DNA from: Macrostomum hystrix
Taxonomy: Eukaryota; Animalia; Platyhelminthes
DNA length: 64,000 nt
Reading direction: 5' to 3'
Assembly: GCA_950097015.1 (NCBI GenBank)
Contig: CATNEN010000035.1
Span: forward strand, 124,001 to 188,000
Shown piece by piece: positions 32,475-44,704 of the stretch. Position numbers and translations under genes: made by a program. How positions within the stretch are numbered: the stretch's first letter is position 1; each line of letters starts with the position of its first letter. The notes under the pieces are model-generated. The model searched no databases, was not told where the DNA came from, and saw only the letters and a list, made by a program, of their open reading frames with translations.

Positions 32475-35400
32475 CATCTATCTATCTATCTATCTATCTG
32501 TCCATAGACAGGTGGGACGCCATACCCACCCTCAATAATTGCCGCTGCTGATGCTGGTTAGATTTCGCAGTGATTTTTCAGCTAGGTCAACTGAAGCAAT
32601 GCTAAAGGACACGAAGTGAGTTCTTGAGGATTCTGGTATCGAACCCTCGACCTACAAGTCGCAAGTCGGACGCTCTTAACCACTAGGCTACAACTACAAC
32701 TAGGCTACATATTCTATATATCTAGCCAATGGATCCAATAGAATGCGCATGGTACAAGAATTGATACAGATAAAGTCAAATAGAGTGAAGTCAGCAATGC
32801 AGCATTGGCTCATAGGAATTTAGTATCGATTCGCACTGGATATACTCACAACACAAGCTAGATCAGGCTGGTGAGACAGTTGTGTAGCTGTGTAGCGAAA
32901 AGCTATCTTATCTATCTAAATATAGGGTCAAAATATACAGACCCTGAAGAAGGCCTTTTTGGTCGAAACTTGTTTTTTCATATCTTGTGCCTGTCCGTGC
33001 AGCCTTCATCTGGTTTCTCATATGTACTCCGCGCCCCACCTGTTCAGCAGGCGGCAGCTCCGAGGGCGGCGCCCTGGCCCTAATCGGTGCCCTGTTTGAC
33101 GCACTGGAGGACCGCTACGGCCCCCTGATGGTCCGCCTGACCCTCGGCTTCATCACCGTCGGCGTCAACGGCCTGAGCGAGCTGGAGCTGGAGGACGCGC
33201 TCTCCTGCCAGGACGACCTGCTGAACGAACTCTATCGCTATCACGATCCGCCAATCAAAGGCGTGGTCCGCGTGCCACCGCTGCTCTGGTCTCGGCTGCA
33301 CCAGGATATTGGCGACTTTGTGGTCGCCCGCATCACAGACGGCAAGGCTACCCTCAGCTGGTATCATCGGCTCTTCCGCGAGGCTGCCGAGCGAAGGTGC
33401 GGGCCCTCATTACTTCATTCGCTAAGAGCCGATAGTCAAATTCAAAATTCCTAAATTTAGGACCGAAACCCCACTTGAAAATCCCCCTTCTTCTGACCGG
33501 GATCCCGTTTTAAAATTCCATTTTAGGGCCACAATCCTATTTTCCAGTGATAGGTATCCGACAGATCCCCATTGAAAAATGTTATTGTTGAGAATCCTAA
33601 TCCTATCTTGCCTACCTCTGCCTAACTACAGGTACGCTCCGCCAGAGGCCCAGCGGGACCTGCACCAGCGACTGTCGCAGATCTACACCTGCGAAGGTCC
33701 CATTCGTCGCACCATTCAATTTGCCAACGTGAAGCGCAGCCTGGTGGTGCCAGACGCCGATCGGCTCGTGTCTTGGGCGCCCTTGTCCCCTAAGCAGCCA
33801 AGGAAGCTGCGCTGCCTGTTTCGTCACCTGCTGGAGGCCGGCCTGTGGGACCAGCTCGTGGATAGCTGTGCAGCCAGCCTGCGCTACCTCCAGGCTGCCA
33901 TCGATGCGTTCGGCTGCTCGGAGCTGCTTGCCCAGCTGGCTGACGCTTTAGGTCGAGCAGATGTTCAGGTGCGTGGGCTAGGGATCTTGATAGCGCCTGA
34001 AGCACCTGAGGGAGTATTACCTGAGTCACTGAAGCACCTGAGGGAGTATTACCTGAGTCACTGAAGCACCTGAGGGAGTATTACCTGAGTCACTGAAGCA
34101 CCTGAGGGAGTATTACCTGAGTCACTGAAGCACCTGAGGGAGTATTACCTGAGTCACTGAAGCACCTGAGGGAGTATTACCTGAGTCACTGAAGCACCTG
34201 AGGGAGTATTACCTGAGTCACTGAAGCACCTGAGGGAGTATTACCTGAGTCACTGAAGCACCTGAGGGAGTATTACCTGAGTCACTGAAGCACCTGAGGG
34301 AGTATTACCTGAGTCACTGAAGCACCTGAGGGAGTATTACCTGAGTCACTGAAGCACCTGAGGGAGTATTACCTAAGTCACTGAAGCACCTGAGATGTTA
34401 CAATATTTCAACCCCATCCCTGTCACTACGCAGTTGCCGCCCACCTCGAAGCTGCCATTCGCCCTGCGCGCAGTGCACGACTGCGTTAGCTTCGCCCGCA
34501 ACTGGCTGGACCTGGGCAACGATCGCACCGCCCTGCCTGTGCAGCTGCTGGGCCAGCTTCGCGGCTTAGACGGCTGGCGGCCGTTGCAGTCTCTCTGTCG
34601 TCAATGCGTCGAATCTCTTGTAGCTTCGTCCTCATCGCCCAGACTTTTGCCAGCGATGGCCTGCTTTCCAACCTGCCTGGCTGACCTGAAATGGAGCCTC
34701 CAGTCCGCACTGGCAGTCTGGACCCGCCCCTGGGACTCCAGTCGGCTTGCCGTGCTCATCGGCTCGTCAACATCGTCAGCTTCGCCTTCGTTGTCATCTT
34801 TCCAGCTCCGGCTGTACAGTGCTGACACTCTGGCTGCTGTCTGCACAGTCCGGCTTGACACCGCCCCCGTTGATGTTGCACTGTGTCCGCATGCCGGCCT
34901 GCTAGTCATTCTAGATCATCGCAATGTTCATGTGCACGACTGGGACACCGGGCAGCAGTTGTGCCGTCACGGTGTCAACATCAACAACAAGCTACCGCTG
35001 AGTCGCGCCCTGGCTGCATCCAGACAGGGCAACTGGCTGGCCATAGCGGCTGAAGATCGCATCGCCCTGCTAGTGAACTCGGCCCACAGCGCTGGCAAGC
35101 TCAAACTGCCGGCTAATCAGAGACAGCAGACTGAGAACAGCAGCTTTAGTGTCTATCACAAGCAGCTGCTCATTGCCAAGGGTGTGGAAAGCACCTTCCA
35201 GTTGGCCTTTCCTGACACGGAATCTGAAAACCTGCTCCTATCTCTGCACCACGTTGGCCTGCATCAGCAGCACGCGGCCGTCAAATGCTGGAAACACGAT
35301 GAAAAACTGTTGCTATGGACGCGCGAATTCGAATTGCCAACTGCGTCATCGACTGGCGCGTCCGGCAAGCAGCATCTGTTGCCTAGCTTTGCCTGTCATC

Positions 35401-38400
35401 CATCGGTGGAGGATCTGCTAGTGCTGGTGCTGCCCGACTGTAGGGTAGTGCAGATGGACATTGCTTCCGGTCAGGTAATTCTTATTTGAGGATTTGTTTG
35501 TTGGAATATTATTTGTAAACATTGTTGTTTTTTAACAGCCGATATGTATCGAAAAACATATTGTCATGTGAGTTTAGAAGTTATTATCAAAGTTATTGTA
35601 ATTAGAGTTTTAACTGTGGTAGCAGATATATTTCGAAATCATACCTGCCTCTGAGAAACCTATATGTATTGAAATAACTCTATCATATGTAACGAGTATG
35701 AAACGCCGATATGTGTCGAAAAAACGTTGAAATTGTAGGTGGTACAAGACGTCTCCCTAATCGAAGGCGCCTCCATAGACAGGCCGGTACTGAGCAGCTT
35801 CCAGTTCAGCGGAGACGAATCTGTGCAGGCCGCCATCCGCCTCGGTCCCCAGTCGCTGGTTGTCCGCCTGTCTGTCTCCGATCACGCCTCACTACGCTCC
35901 GTGGCTCTAGCGACTTCGCCTTCTTCAACGGACGATCCAGCAGCCCAGCAGCGTCCTCCTGATGGAGTTCATCAGCACGTCACCGTCGGGCACCTGTCCG
36001 TCATCCGGCCAGCTGGTGGTGTGCGGCTCTCGCGGCGGCCTCCTGGCTGCCAACAGCGTCGACCTGCTGGATCCCGACCAGTCGCCATGGGAGCAAGCTG
36101 GAGCGGTTAGGGCGCACAGCTCAGCCATAGACTTCCTGCTGCACACCGGCTGCGGCGACGGCTGCGGCGACGATCACGAAGACAACGGAGGAGGAGGCAG
36201 TGGCGGCGGAGGCGGCTTCTTGACATTCAGCCGGCAGCAGCAGTGCTTGAGAGCTTGGCAGCCAGGCGAGGCGCAGGCTTTAAGCCAGGCCGATTACAGG
36301 TGACTTCTACTCCCCTGCTCATGCTGGCACCCATTACACACCTGGATTCGAACTTCAGACCTTTCCAAGACTAGGAGTCTGAAGCACTTAGCTCTAGTCT
36401 ACATCCTTTCCTGTACATTTATAAGCCATATTCAGTTCTAACCCCGATATGTATTGAAAAACGTGATGCTAAACTTGGCAGGCGCCTATTGCCGTGCGTG
36501 CACGCCACCGCCTACTGTCTGGATGCTGAACGACGACGCGTGCTCCTGTGCACTGGCGCCTGCCTCACCCTGCTACCACTGCGTCGCGAAACAGAACAAC
36601 AGACTGTAACTCGGCCAGAGCTGCTTCGCCTGACAACCGCCTCGGCAGAAGATGCTGGCGCTGCTTCTGCTGGTGACGATGCTGGCGATGGGCCTCGATT
36701 TAACACGGTTGATCGGCTGCGCCTGCTGCAGTCGGATCAGTTCGCTGTGCTGTCCGATGCCGACCGGCTCTACGTGCTGGAGATGGACAGTAGGCGCATT
36801 GTGCAGCGCGTTGCTAAGCCGTTGCTATGGGATCAGTTCCCTACGGATTCGGATAGGGCCGAGGCTATTGTGGCAGTTTTTAAGACGCAGGTTTGTCTCA
36901 CCTGTCTCAAACTTATTTTTTTAAGTTGCTGCTCTTCGTTTTTCAAATCACGCAGATCCTATGAATACCCATCCTCCAAATCCCTTCAGATCCAATCCCA
37001 ATCATAATAATCCCTTCTGATCCAATCCTAATCTCCCAAATCCCTTCTGATCCGATCCTAATCTCCTAAATCCCTTCGGATTCTGTCCTAATCTCCTAAA
37101 TCCCTTCTGATCCAATCCTAATCTCCCAAATCCCTTCTGATTCTGTCCTAATCTCCCTAAATCCTTCCTGATCCAATCCTTATCTACCAAATCCTTTCTG
37201 ATTCTGTCCTAATCTCCCAAATCCTTTCTGATCCAGAGTGTAGAGATTCAAACAGATGACTTCATTGCATCTACTCACTCAGGTGAAGTCGGACAAGTAC
37301 CTGCAGGTGTCGCTGCTCTCAGTCCCGAACCTCACTCCAATGCGTACTAAAACCTGCCTGCCGCCTCTCATTGGGCTTGGCGGCGGTCAGAAACGTTGGA
37401 GATTGTCTAATTTAAGGACTAGCCAAAGCGGCGACACCTGCGTGTTGGAGTACACCGTCGGAGGCGGCGGCGACGGATCAGTGCCGGCCGTCGCTAAGCA
37501 CCTGTTCGCCGTGAATTTCGCTTCACCCGGCACCGAGCTTGTCTCCTGCGTGGCTTCCGACGCGGCAGCCGCTGGCGCCGGAGCTGCTCAACGGCGTCGC
37601 ACAGTGGCCAGCCTGGATGCCAACCTGCCAGTCTACTCGCTGACACATTGGAGTAGAGAGTCCTTTCTAGTTGGCAGCATTGGCGACTGCCAGCTGTGGG
37701 ATGTCACAGCCGGATCTTGCCGGGTGCCCAGGATGGCCTACTTTCACACCTGGCTGAAGCATTCCACATCGGTGAATGTTAACAGGCGCCAGACCAAGGA
37801 TCAGCCGGCCAAGTTTGAGTTTCTCCCAGTCACGGCTATGGCGGTCAATGCCGATAGGACTCTAGTGAGTCTGGGGTATGGGGAAGTGGGGTTAGGGTAT
37901 GGGAAAGTGGGATTGGGGTATGGGAAAGTGCGGTTAGGGTATGGGGAAGGGAGATTGGGGAATGGGGAAGTGGGGCTGGGGCATGGCGAGGATGGGATTA
38001 GGACAGTGAAAGTGGGGAAGATAAGACAATATTAATTGAGACATATTACACCCATTAATGGTTGTAAACAAGATGGGGCAGAGGTTATTGGGGAGATGGG
38101 ACAGTGGGTATTAGGAAGATGGGACAGTGGGTATTAGGAAGATGGGACAGTGGGTATTAGAAAGATGGGACAGTGGGTATTAGGAAGATGGGACAGTGGG
38201 CATTAGGTAGATGGGACAGTGGGTATTAGGAAGATGGGACAGTGGGTATTAGGAAGATGGGACAGTGGGCATTAGGTAGATGGGACAGTGGGTGTTAGGA
38301 AGATGGGACAGTGGGTATTAGGAAGATGGCACAGTGGGTATTAGGAAGATTGGACAGTGGGTATTAGGAAGATGGACAGTGAGTATTAGGAAGATGGGAC

Positions 38401-39108
38401 AGTGGGTATTAGGAAGATGGACAGTGAGTATTAGGAAGATGGGACAGTGGGTATTAGGAAGATGGGACAGTGGGTATTAGGAAGATGGGACAGTGGGTAT
38501 TAGGAAGATGGGACAGTGGGTAATGAGAAGAAAGCAGAATAAGTGTCAGTATGCCTTATATTGCAACTGTATAAATCTGCCCAATGCCGAACCCTATCCG
38601 CTGCGCCCAGGTGGCAACAGGCTGCTCCGGGGGTCACATCCTACTGTGGAACTGGTCCCTAATCCAGTCTCTAGCTGGCGCCGAACCAGACGAAGCCACC
38701 GCTCGTCGGATCCGCATCCGGATGCGAGCCCGTCACGACGGTCGGGTGGCAGCTCTGGCAATGACAGAGTCGCCAGAAGTGAACTACGGCCTCCTAGCCA
38801 GCGCCGGAGCTGAGCAGGATCTGACTGTGGCGCTGCACTGTCTGAGCACTGGCCAATGCCATCACCGAGTCACAGTTCATCTGGCCCTGACAGAATTGTC
38901 TTTTTCATCATCGGCCTCCCTAATTGGCTTCTCCGCTCCGCCGGCCGATGGCGCGGCTGAAGACGGCGGCAGGCGGCTGATGTACTTTAGCGTGGCCAAT
39001 TGGCTTCCCGCCGCGGCTTTGTCTCAGATAGCAACGCCGCGCTTGGATCAAGCCACTATGAGTAGTGCGGCTATGAATTCCGGCGCTAATATCACTTCGA
39101 CTGTTTGA
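26378..39108 (+). CDS. NWD1/NWD2-like STAND protein: DUF4062 + NACHT + WD40, ~1900 aa, 5' end unresolved; exons ~26378-26556,27696-28195,28928-29105,29186-29634,30390-30621,32022-32411,33051-33396,33632-33968,34434-35474,35739-36299 (frame break near 35910),36482-36890,37283-37864,38611-39108
   Basis: DUF4062 motifs VRLFLSSTFSDF, ERNYL, CDMRWGV, FFVALLGNRYG and SVTESE. Walker A APSGHGKT, Walker B LLLLLDSLDQ, winged-helix GLSELELEDAL..PPLLWSRL..LSWYHRLF, and WD40 repeats. GT-AG phases are consistent everywhere except inside exon 10. No in-frame ATG was found for the first exon shown. Confidence 0.85.
26705..27590 (+). repeat. 30-bp minisatellite CTGTTGGAATTGTGGATTCCAGTAGCTATC in NWD-like intron 1
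   Basis: About 29 units. Confidence 0.97.
29938..30289 (+). mobile_element. tRNA-derived SINE, family B, full-length copy in NWD-like intron 4
   Basis: A and B boxes and (TTA)n tail. A perfect 14-bp TSD TATTTGAAATTCAA lies at 29924-29937 and 30290-30303. Confidence 0.92.
31175..31880 (+). repeat. 24-bp minisatellite GCAGGTGTTTGTACACTTGTGTGT in NWD-like intron 5
   Basis: About 29 units. Confidence 0.97.
32444..32500 (+). repeat. (TATC)n microsatellite
   Basis: About 14 units adjacent to a family A SINE. Confidence 0.92.
32501..32694 (-). mobile_element. tRNA-derived SINE, family A, 3'-truncated diverged copy in NWD-like intron 6
   Basis: Minus strand reads TGTAGCCTAGTGGTTAAGAGCGTC..GGTTCGATACC and is colinear with 10555-10744. 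Confidence 0.8.
33998..34394 (+). repeat. 32-bp minisatellite GCACCTGAGGGAGTATTACCTGAGTCACTGAA in NWD-like intron 8
   Basis: About 12 almost perfect units. Confidence 0.97.
37005..37235 (+). repeat. 30-bp minisatellite CTAATCTCCCAAATCCCTTCTGATCCAATC in NWD-like intron 11
   Basis: About 8 units. Confidence 0.88.
37870..38520 (+). repeat. G-rich 15-bp degenerate repeat followed by 23-bp minisatellite GATGGGACAGTGGGTATTAGGAA in NWD-like intron 12
   Basis: The 23-bp period is clear from 38095. Confidence 0.9.
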
Positions 39109-39527
39109 TGTCTAACCCGAGCATCGTTTGGCTGTGCTTCCAAATAACCAAAAATTTTACTATTGATAAAAAATCCTAGATTTAGTTTCTGGAATGTCTT
39201 GCCTTTCAAAGTGTTGTATTCTATCAGCTAGTAGATAGTTTGTACTGTTCTATAAATAACTTCTGCGATTAAATCTCTTCCGTCCAGCTCAAACCTCACC
39301 AGACTCAAAACGTACAACTCAACCACTCCCGGAATTGTGATAAGTCGGCTGTGTTTATGATGTGTATTAGGTAACCCGTGTGCCTTATTTTTAATCGGAG
39401 TGTTTTTACAGAAAATATTTTACATTTATCTTTTGTCTTCTTAATTATTAACCATTTCTAGTTTAACCTGTTTATGATGCTCAGAACATTTTCGTTCCAG
39501 TTTCTCTTCTAAAATATTTAAGTTAGC

Positions 39528-40760
39528 TAAACTAAATGACCAATTTATCATCAAAGTCAGTAGCTAAACTCAATGACCAATTTATCATCAAAGTCAGTCG
39601 CTAAACTCAATGACCAATTTATCATCAAAGTCAGTAGCTTCAGTAGCTAAAATGAAAACTGAATGACCAATTTATCATCAAAGTCAGTAGCTAAAATGAA
39701 AACTGAATGACCAATTTATCATCAAAGTCAGTAGCTTCAGTAGCTAAAATGAAAACTGAATGACCTATTTATCATCAAAGTCAGTAGCTAAAATGAAAAC
39801 TGAATGACCAATTTATCATCAAAGTCAGTAGCTAAAATGAAAACTGAATGACCAATTTATCATCAAAGTCAGTAGCTAAAACGAAAACTGAATGACCAAT
39901 TTATCATCAAAGTCCGTAGCTAAAATGAAAACTGAATGACCAATTTATCATCAAAATCAGTAGCTAAAATGAATGACCAATTTATCATCAAAGTCAGTTG
40001 CTAAAATGAAATCTGAATGACCAATTTATCATCAAAGTCAGTTGCTAAAATGAATGACCAATTTATCATCAAAATCAGTAGCTAAAATGAATGACCAATT
40101 TATCATCAAAGTCAGTTGCTAAAATGAATGACCAATTTATCATCAAAATCAGTAGCTAAAATGAATGACCAATTTATCATCAAAGTCAGTTGCTAAAATG
40201 AAATCTGAATGACCAATTTATCATCAAAGTCAGTAGCTAAACTGAAAACTGAATGACCAATTTATCATCAAAGTCAGTAGCTAAAATAAAAACTGAATGA
40301 CCAATTTATCATCAAAGTCAGTAGCTAAAATGAAATCTGAATGACCAATTTATCATCAAAGTCAGTAGCTAAAATGAAATCTGAATGACCAATTTATCAT
40401 CAAAGTCAGTAGCTAAAATGAAATCTGAATGACCAATTTATCATCAAAGTCAGTAGCTAAAATAAAAACTGAATGACCAATTTATCATCATAGTCAGTAG
40501 CTAAAATGAAATCTGAATGACCAATTTATCATCAAAGTCAGTAGCTAAAATGAAATCTGAATGACCAATTTATCATCAAAGTCAGTAGCTAAACTGAATG
40601 ACCAATTTATCATCAAAGTCAGTAGCTAAACTGAATGACCAATTTATCATCAAAGTCAGTAGCTAAACTGAATGACCAATTTATCATCAAACAAAGTCAG
40701 TAGGTAAACTGAATGACCAATTTATCAGCAAGTCAGTAGCTAAGATAAGTGACCAATTTA
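39528..40760 (+). repeat. 36-44-bp minisatellite AATGACCAATTTATCATCAAAGTCAGTAGCTAAAATGAAAACTG
   Basis: Constant ~34-bp core with short recurring linkers. Confidence 0.95.
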
Positions 40761-41156
40761 GTAAATGAAGATAACAATTTTTATCCGTTTTTGTCAGTGC
40801 CTGTCAATGACAACAAAAAATGAAACAATTGTATTTCTTTAAATGTTGCTTCAATAATAAAAGTTTTTTAATTCGAAGCAGAACTGTTCGTTGCTTGCTG
40901 CTCTTTCTTTGGGGCGTGTCTTTTTGTTTCTATCCTAGCGCACATGGTGACTCAGATTTAGTCTGTACAATTTGTGCGTAGATTGAGTTGTGAGGTTTGG
41001 TAGGAGAGAAATGCGAAAAGTACTTAGGGACATCTAAATATAGCATGCTATGGCAGTGCAAAGTACGTAGAAGGAAAAGTACTTTAAACTATTTCCAAGT
41101 TTCTCTTGTTTTTCATTTCATTAATTCATTTTTTTCTTTCAGCATCGGCATCAATT

Positions 41157-42726
41157 ATGTCTCTCTATCCGTCTCTTGATGGCTACAGATCTGCAACTGC
41201 ATCTGCAACTGCCTGTACTACCAATGCTAATCCTGGGGATAATTCTATCAGCATTTATCCCAGTCTCGCATCCTATATGGGATTGGAAGTGCGACAGCGG
41301 TCTAATACCCACAGCAGTCTGGAGGTAAGGTTTGATCTTAATTTTTTAGCAGTAGGATTACCAAACCATTTGCCGCCCGTTTTTATACCAAAAGGGAGGA
41401 ATTTCTCCTCTCCACTAAAAATGTATTTGGCAGCTGCCAACAGCGTTGGATAGTGACTGATTAGTTGACAGACTAGGCGATGGTGACCTGTGGTTGAGCT
41501 GCGCCTAATATTTAGGCTTGATCAGTGAAATTGGAGAAATTCGCGTCAGGGTGTCCGTAGTGGCTTATTTCCACCTGTTGTTGCCTTGAAGGTCCAGCAG
41601 TCTGTCTAGATAAAGGTTGGTGACCACCGAAGACGGAGATGATGCGGGCACATTCGGGTGGCATGCTGATAAATTTTGAAATTTTGAAGGCCGCTTTGAG
41701 GCCTTGCCAGCCTGAGGCTAATTCGTGTAAATCTGAGGCTACCTTCGGCCAGAACCATCATTGACTATCTCGACTGTCTGAAGAGCTGGTGACTTGATTG
41801 TTTCAGAAGACGCGCCACGAAAAGTTTGGCCGTGGTCTTGAGTTTCGTGTGCTTGCGTTGTTCCGTTTTGGTGCTGCAAAAAATGGTTAACGCAATGAGA
41901 TTCCCCCCTTGGTTCTACTGAATTTAATCAACTTTTAGTCAAGGATACCCACAGGTTAGAGCTGCAGTGCTAACCGAAAGTCTGAAATTCGAATCTCACC
42001 TAACCAAATGAAAGCTGTGCGGAGCTTCTGGATGCATTGAATGCCCAAATCTCCCAATCCCGCAGGTACTCCGCGCTGCCACCGCTGCGCACGGGGTCGG
42101 TGAGCCGATCTTACTGAACTCGGTCGGGCTTCGACGCGCGGAGATTCGCCAGGGCCTGCGGCCCGTGACGCTGTGCAAAGAGCGCCGACGGCAAGCTGGG
42201 CGTCCGGGTCAAGGCCATCAGCCAGGGCCTGTTCGTGGCCATAGTATTCCGCGGCAGCCCCGCCGCCCTCGCCGGCCTTCGCTTCGGCGACCAGATCGTC
42301 GAGATGAACGGCGAGGCCGTCACCGGCTGGAGTGGCGACCGGGCCGCGAAGGCCTTCAAAGCCTGCCCGGTGAACGGCATCCAGCTGGCTGTGAGGGACC
42401 GGCCATTCGAGCGCACAATCACCGTGCACAAGGACTCGTCCGGTCACGTCGGCTTCGAAATCAAGGACGCCGCCATCAGACGCCTGGCTGCCGACAGCTC
42501 GGCTGCCCGCAACGGCATGCTGACCGACCATCACGTGGTGGAGGTAAACGGACAGAATGTTGTCGGCATGCAGGACGACGAGATCGCCAAACTCATGAAG
42601 CAGTCGGCGCGCACAGTCACCGTCACCGTCATGCCGACCTTCGTGTACAAGCACATCGTCAGCTGCTTGGGCAAGAGTCTGGCGCGCAAGTGGATGGACC
42701 ACTCCGTTGTCGACGAGGACTTCTAG
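41157..42726 (+). pseudogene. SDCBP: Syntenin paralogue A; exons 41157-41324, 42066-42726; 1-nt insertion at ~42181 breaks the frame at the start of PDZ1
   Basis: MSLYPSL N-terminus, second YPSL motif and tandem PDZ domains. AAAGAGCGCC here versus AAAGGCGCC in the intact copy. Could be an assembly error instead of a true lesion. Confidence 0.75.
41428..41853 (+). repeat. Unclassified dispersed repeat, copy 2 (syntenin A intron)
   Basis: Colinear with 10845-11295. Confidence 0.85.
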
Positions 42727-42829
42727 ATCTAGCATTAAAATGTCTCACATGACAAGACAATGCCTGAACTTCCTGTTTTTAATCCAAATTTAAAGAATAT
42801 ACTGCCACGCTATGCCGCACTATCCCATA

Positions 42830-44256
42830 GCCACCTGATCCCACACCTTCATACTATCCCATAGCCACATGATCCCACACCTTCATACGAGTACTATCCC
42901 ATAGCCACATGATCCCACACCTTCATACTATCCTATAGCCACATGATCCCACACCTTCATACTATCCTATAGCCACATGATCCCACACCTTCATACTATC
43001 CTATAGCCACATGATCCCACACCTTCATACTATCCTATAGCCACATTATCCCACACCTTCATACTATCCCATAGCCACCTGATCCCACACCTTCATACTA
43101 TCCTATAGCCACATTATCCCACACCTTCATACTATCCCATAGCACATGATCCCACACCTTCATACTATCCTATAGCCACATTATCCCACACCTTCATACT
43201 ATCCCATAGCCACATGATCCCACACCTTCATACTATCCTATAGCCACATGATCCCACACCTTCATACTATCCCATAGCCACATGATCCCACACCTTCATA
43301 CTATCCTATAGCCACATGATCCCACACCTTCATACTATCCCATAGCCACATGATCCCACACCTTCATACTATCCTATAGCCACATGATCCCACACCTTCA
43401 TACTATCCCATAGCCACATTATCCCACACCTTCATACTATCCCATAGCCACATGATCCCACACCTTCATACTATCCCATAGCCACATGATCCCACACCTT
43501 CATACTATCCCATAGCCACATGATCCCACACCTTCATACTATCCTATAGCCACATGATCCCACACCTTCATACTATCCCATAGCCACATGATCCCACACC
43601 TTCATACTATCCTATAGCCACATGATCCCACACCTTCATACTATCCCATTGCCACATTATCCCACACCTTCATACTATCCCATAGCCACATGATCCCACA
43701 CCTTCATACTATCCCATAGCCACATGATCCCACACCTTCATACTATCCCATAGCTACATGATCCCACACCTTCATACTATCCTATAGCCACATGATCCCA
43801 CACCTTCATACTATCCCATAGCCACATGATCCCACACCTTCATACTATCCCATAGCCACATGATCCCACACCTTCATACTATCCTATAGCCACATGATCC
43901 CACACCTTCATACTATCCCATAGCCACATGATCCCACACCTTCATACTATCCTATAGCCACCTGATCCCACACCTTCATACTATCCCATAGCCACATGAT
44001 CCCACACCTTCATACTATCCCATAGCCACATGATCCCACACCTTCATACTATCCCATAGCCACATGATCCCACACCTTCATACTATCCTATAGCCACCTG
44101 ATCCCACACCTTCATACTATCCCATAGCCACATGATCCCACACCTTCATACTATCCTATAGCCACATGATCCCACACCTTCATACTATCCCATAGCCACA
44201 TTATCCCACACCTTCATACTATCCCATAGCCACATGATCCCACACCTTCATACTAT
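42830..44256 (+). repeat. 34-bp minisatellite ATACTATCCCATAGCCACATGATCCCACACCTTC
   Basis: About 42 units. Confidence 0.97.
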
Positions 44257-44704
44257 GATAGGTCGTGCCATTTATGCACATTTTTATATCATGTCATTAT
44301 CCTCAAATCCCATCTCATACCCACGAAACGCTTCACCAGACGCATGTGTTAGTGTTTGAAATTATTTTTATAAGATTTTTAACAGATCCGAAAGTATTTT
44401 ATCATTATATTTTTGTATCCGTTTTTTAACGTCTACCTGTCTACCTCCGCGTTCTAGTGCTTTTATAATATCTGCCTTCAATACTCGCAATGGTGTTCTC
44501 AACTTTTACAAGAAGCCAATGCCATTTTAATTGAAGTTTTATTGTGCTGGCTGTGCAAAGCTGTTTTTTATATATAATTTTGTTTTATCGCTCAGTGCAT
44601 TATTAAATAAGATCGAATTCTTATAGCGGACTGTTCTCTTGTTGCTTACTTTGTTGTCAGCTCTTTTAGATATCGTTTGTCACTCCTTGAGAGTGATGGC
44701 CTTA

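Noticed and set aside
39094-39108. NWD-like C-terminus ..TSTV and first-ORF ..ETLV as ligands for the neighbouring syntenins
   Set aside because: Such motifs are common, and genomic proximity does not imply interaction in eukaryotes. There is no further support.
39528-40760. CRISPR-like appearance (constant ~34-bp core with variable linkers); also the 36-bp triplicate at 49225-49332
   Set aside because: Linkers are 3-10 nt and recurrent, not unique 25-45-nt spacers. There are no cas genes and the context is eukaryotic.
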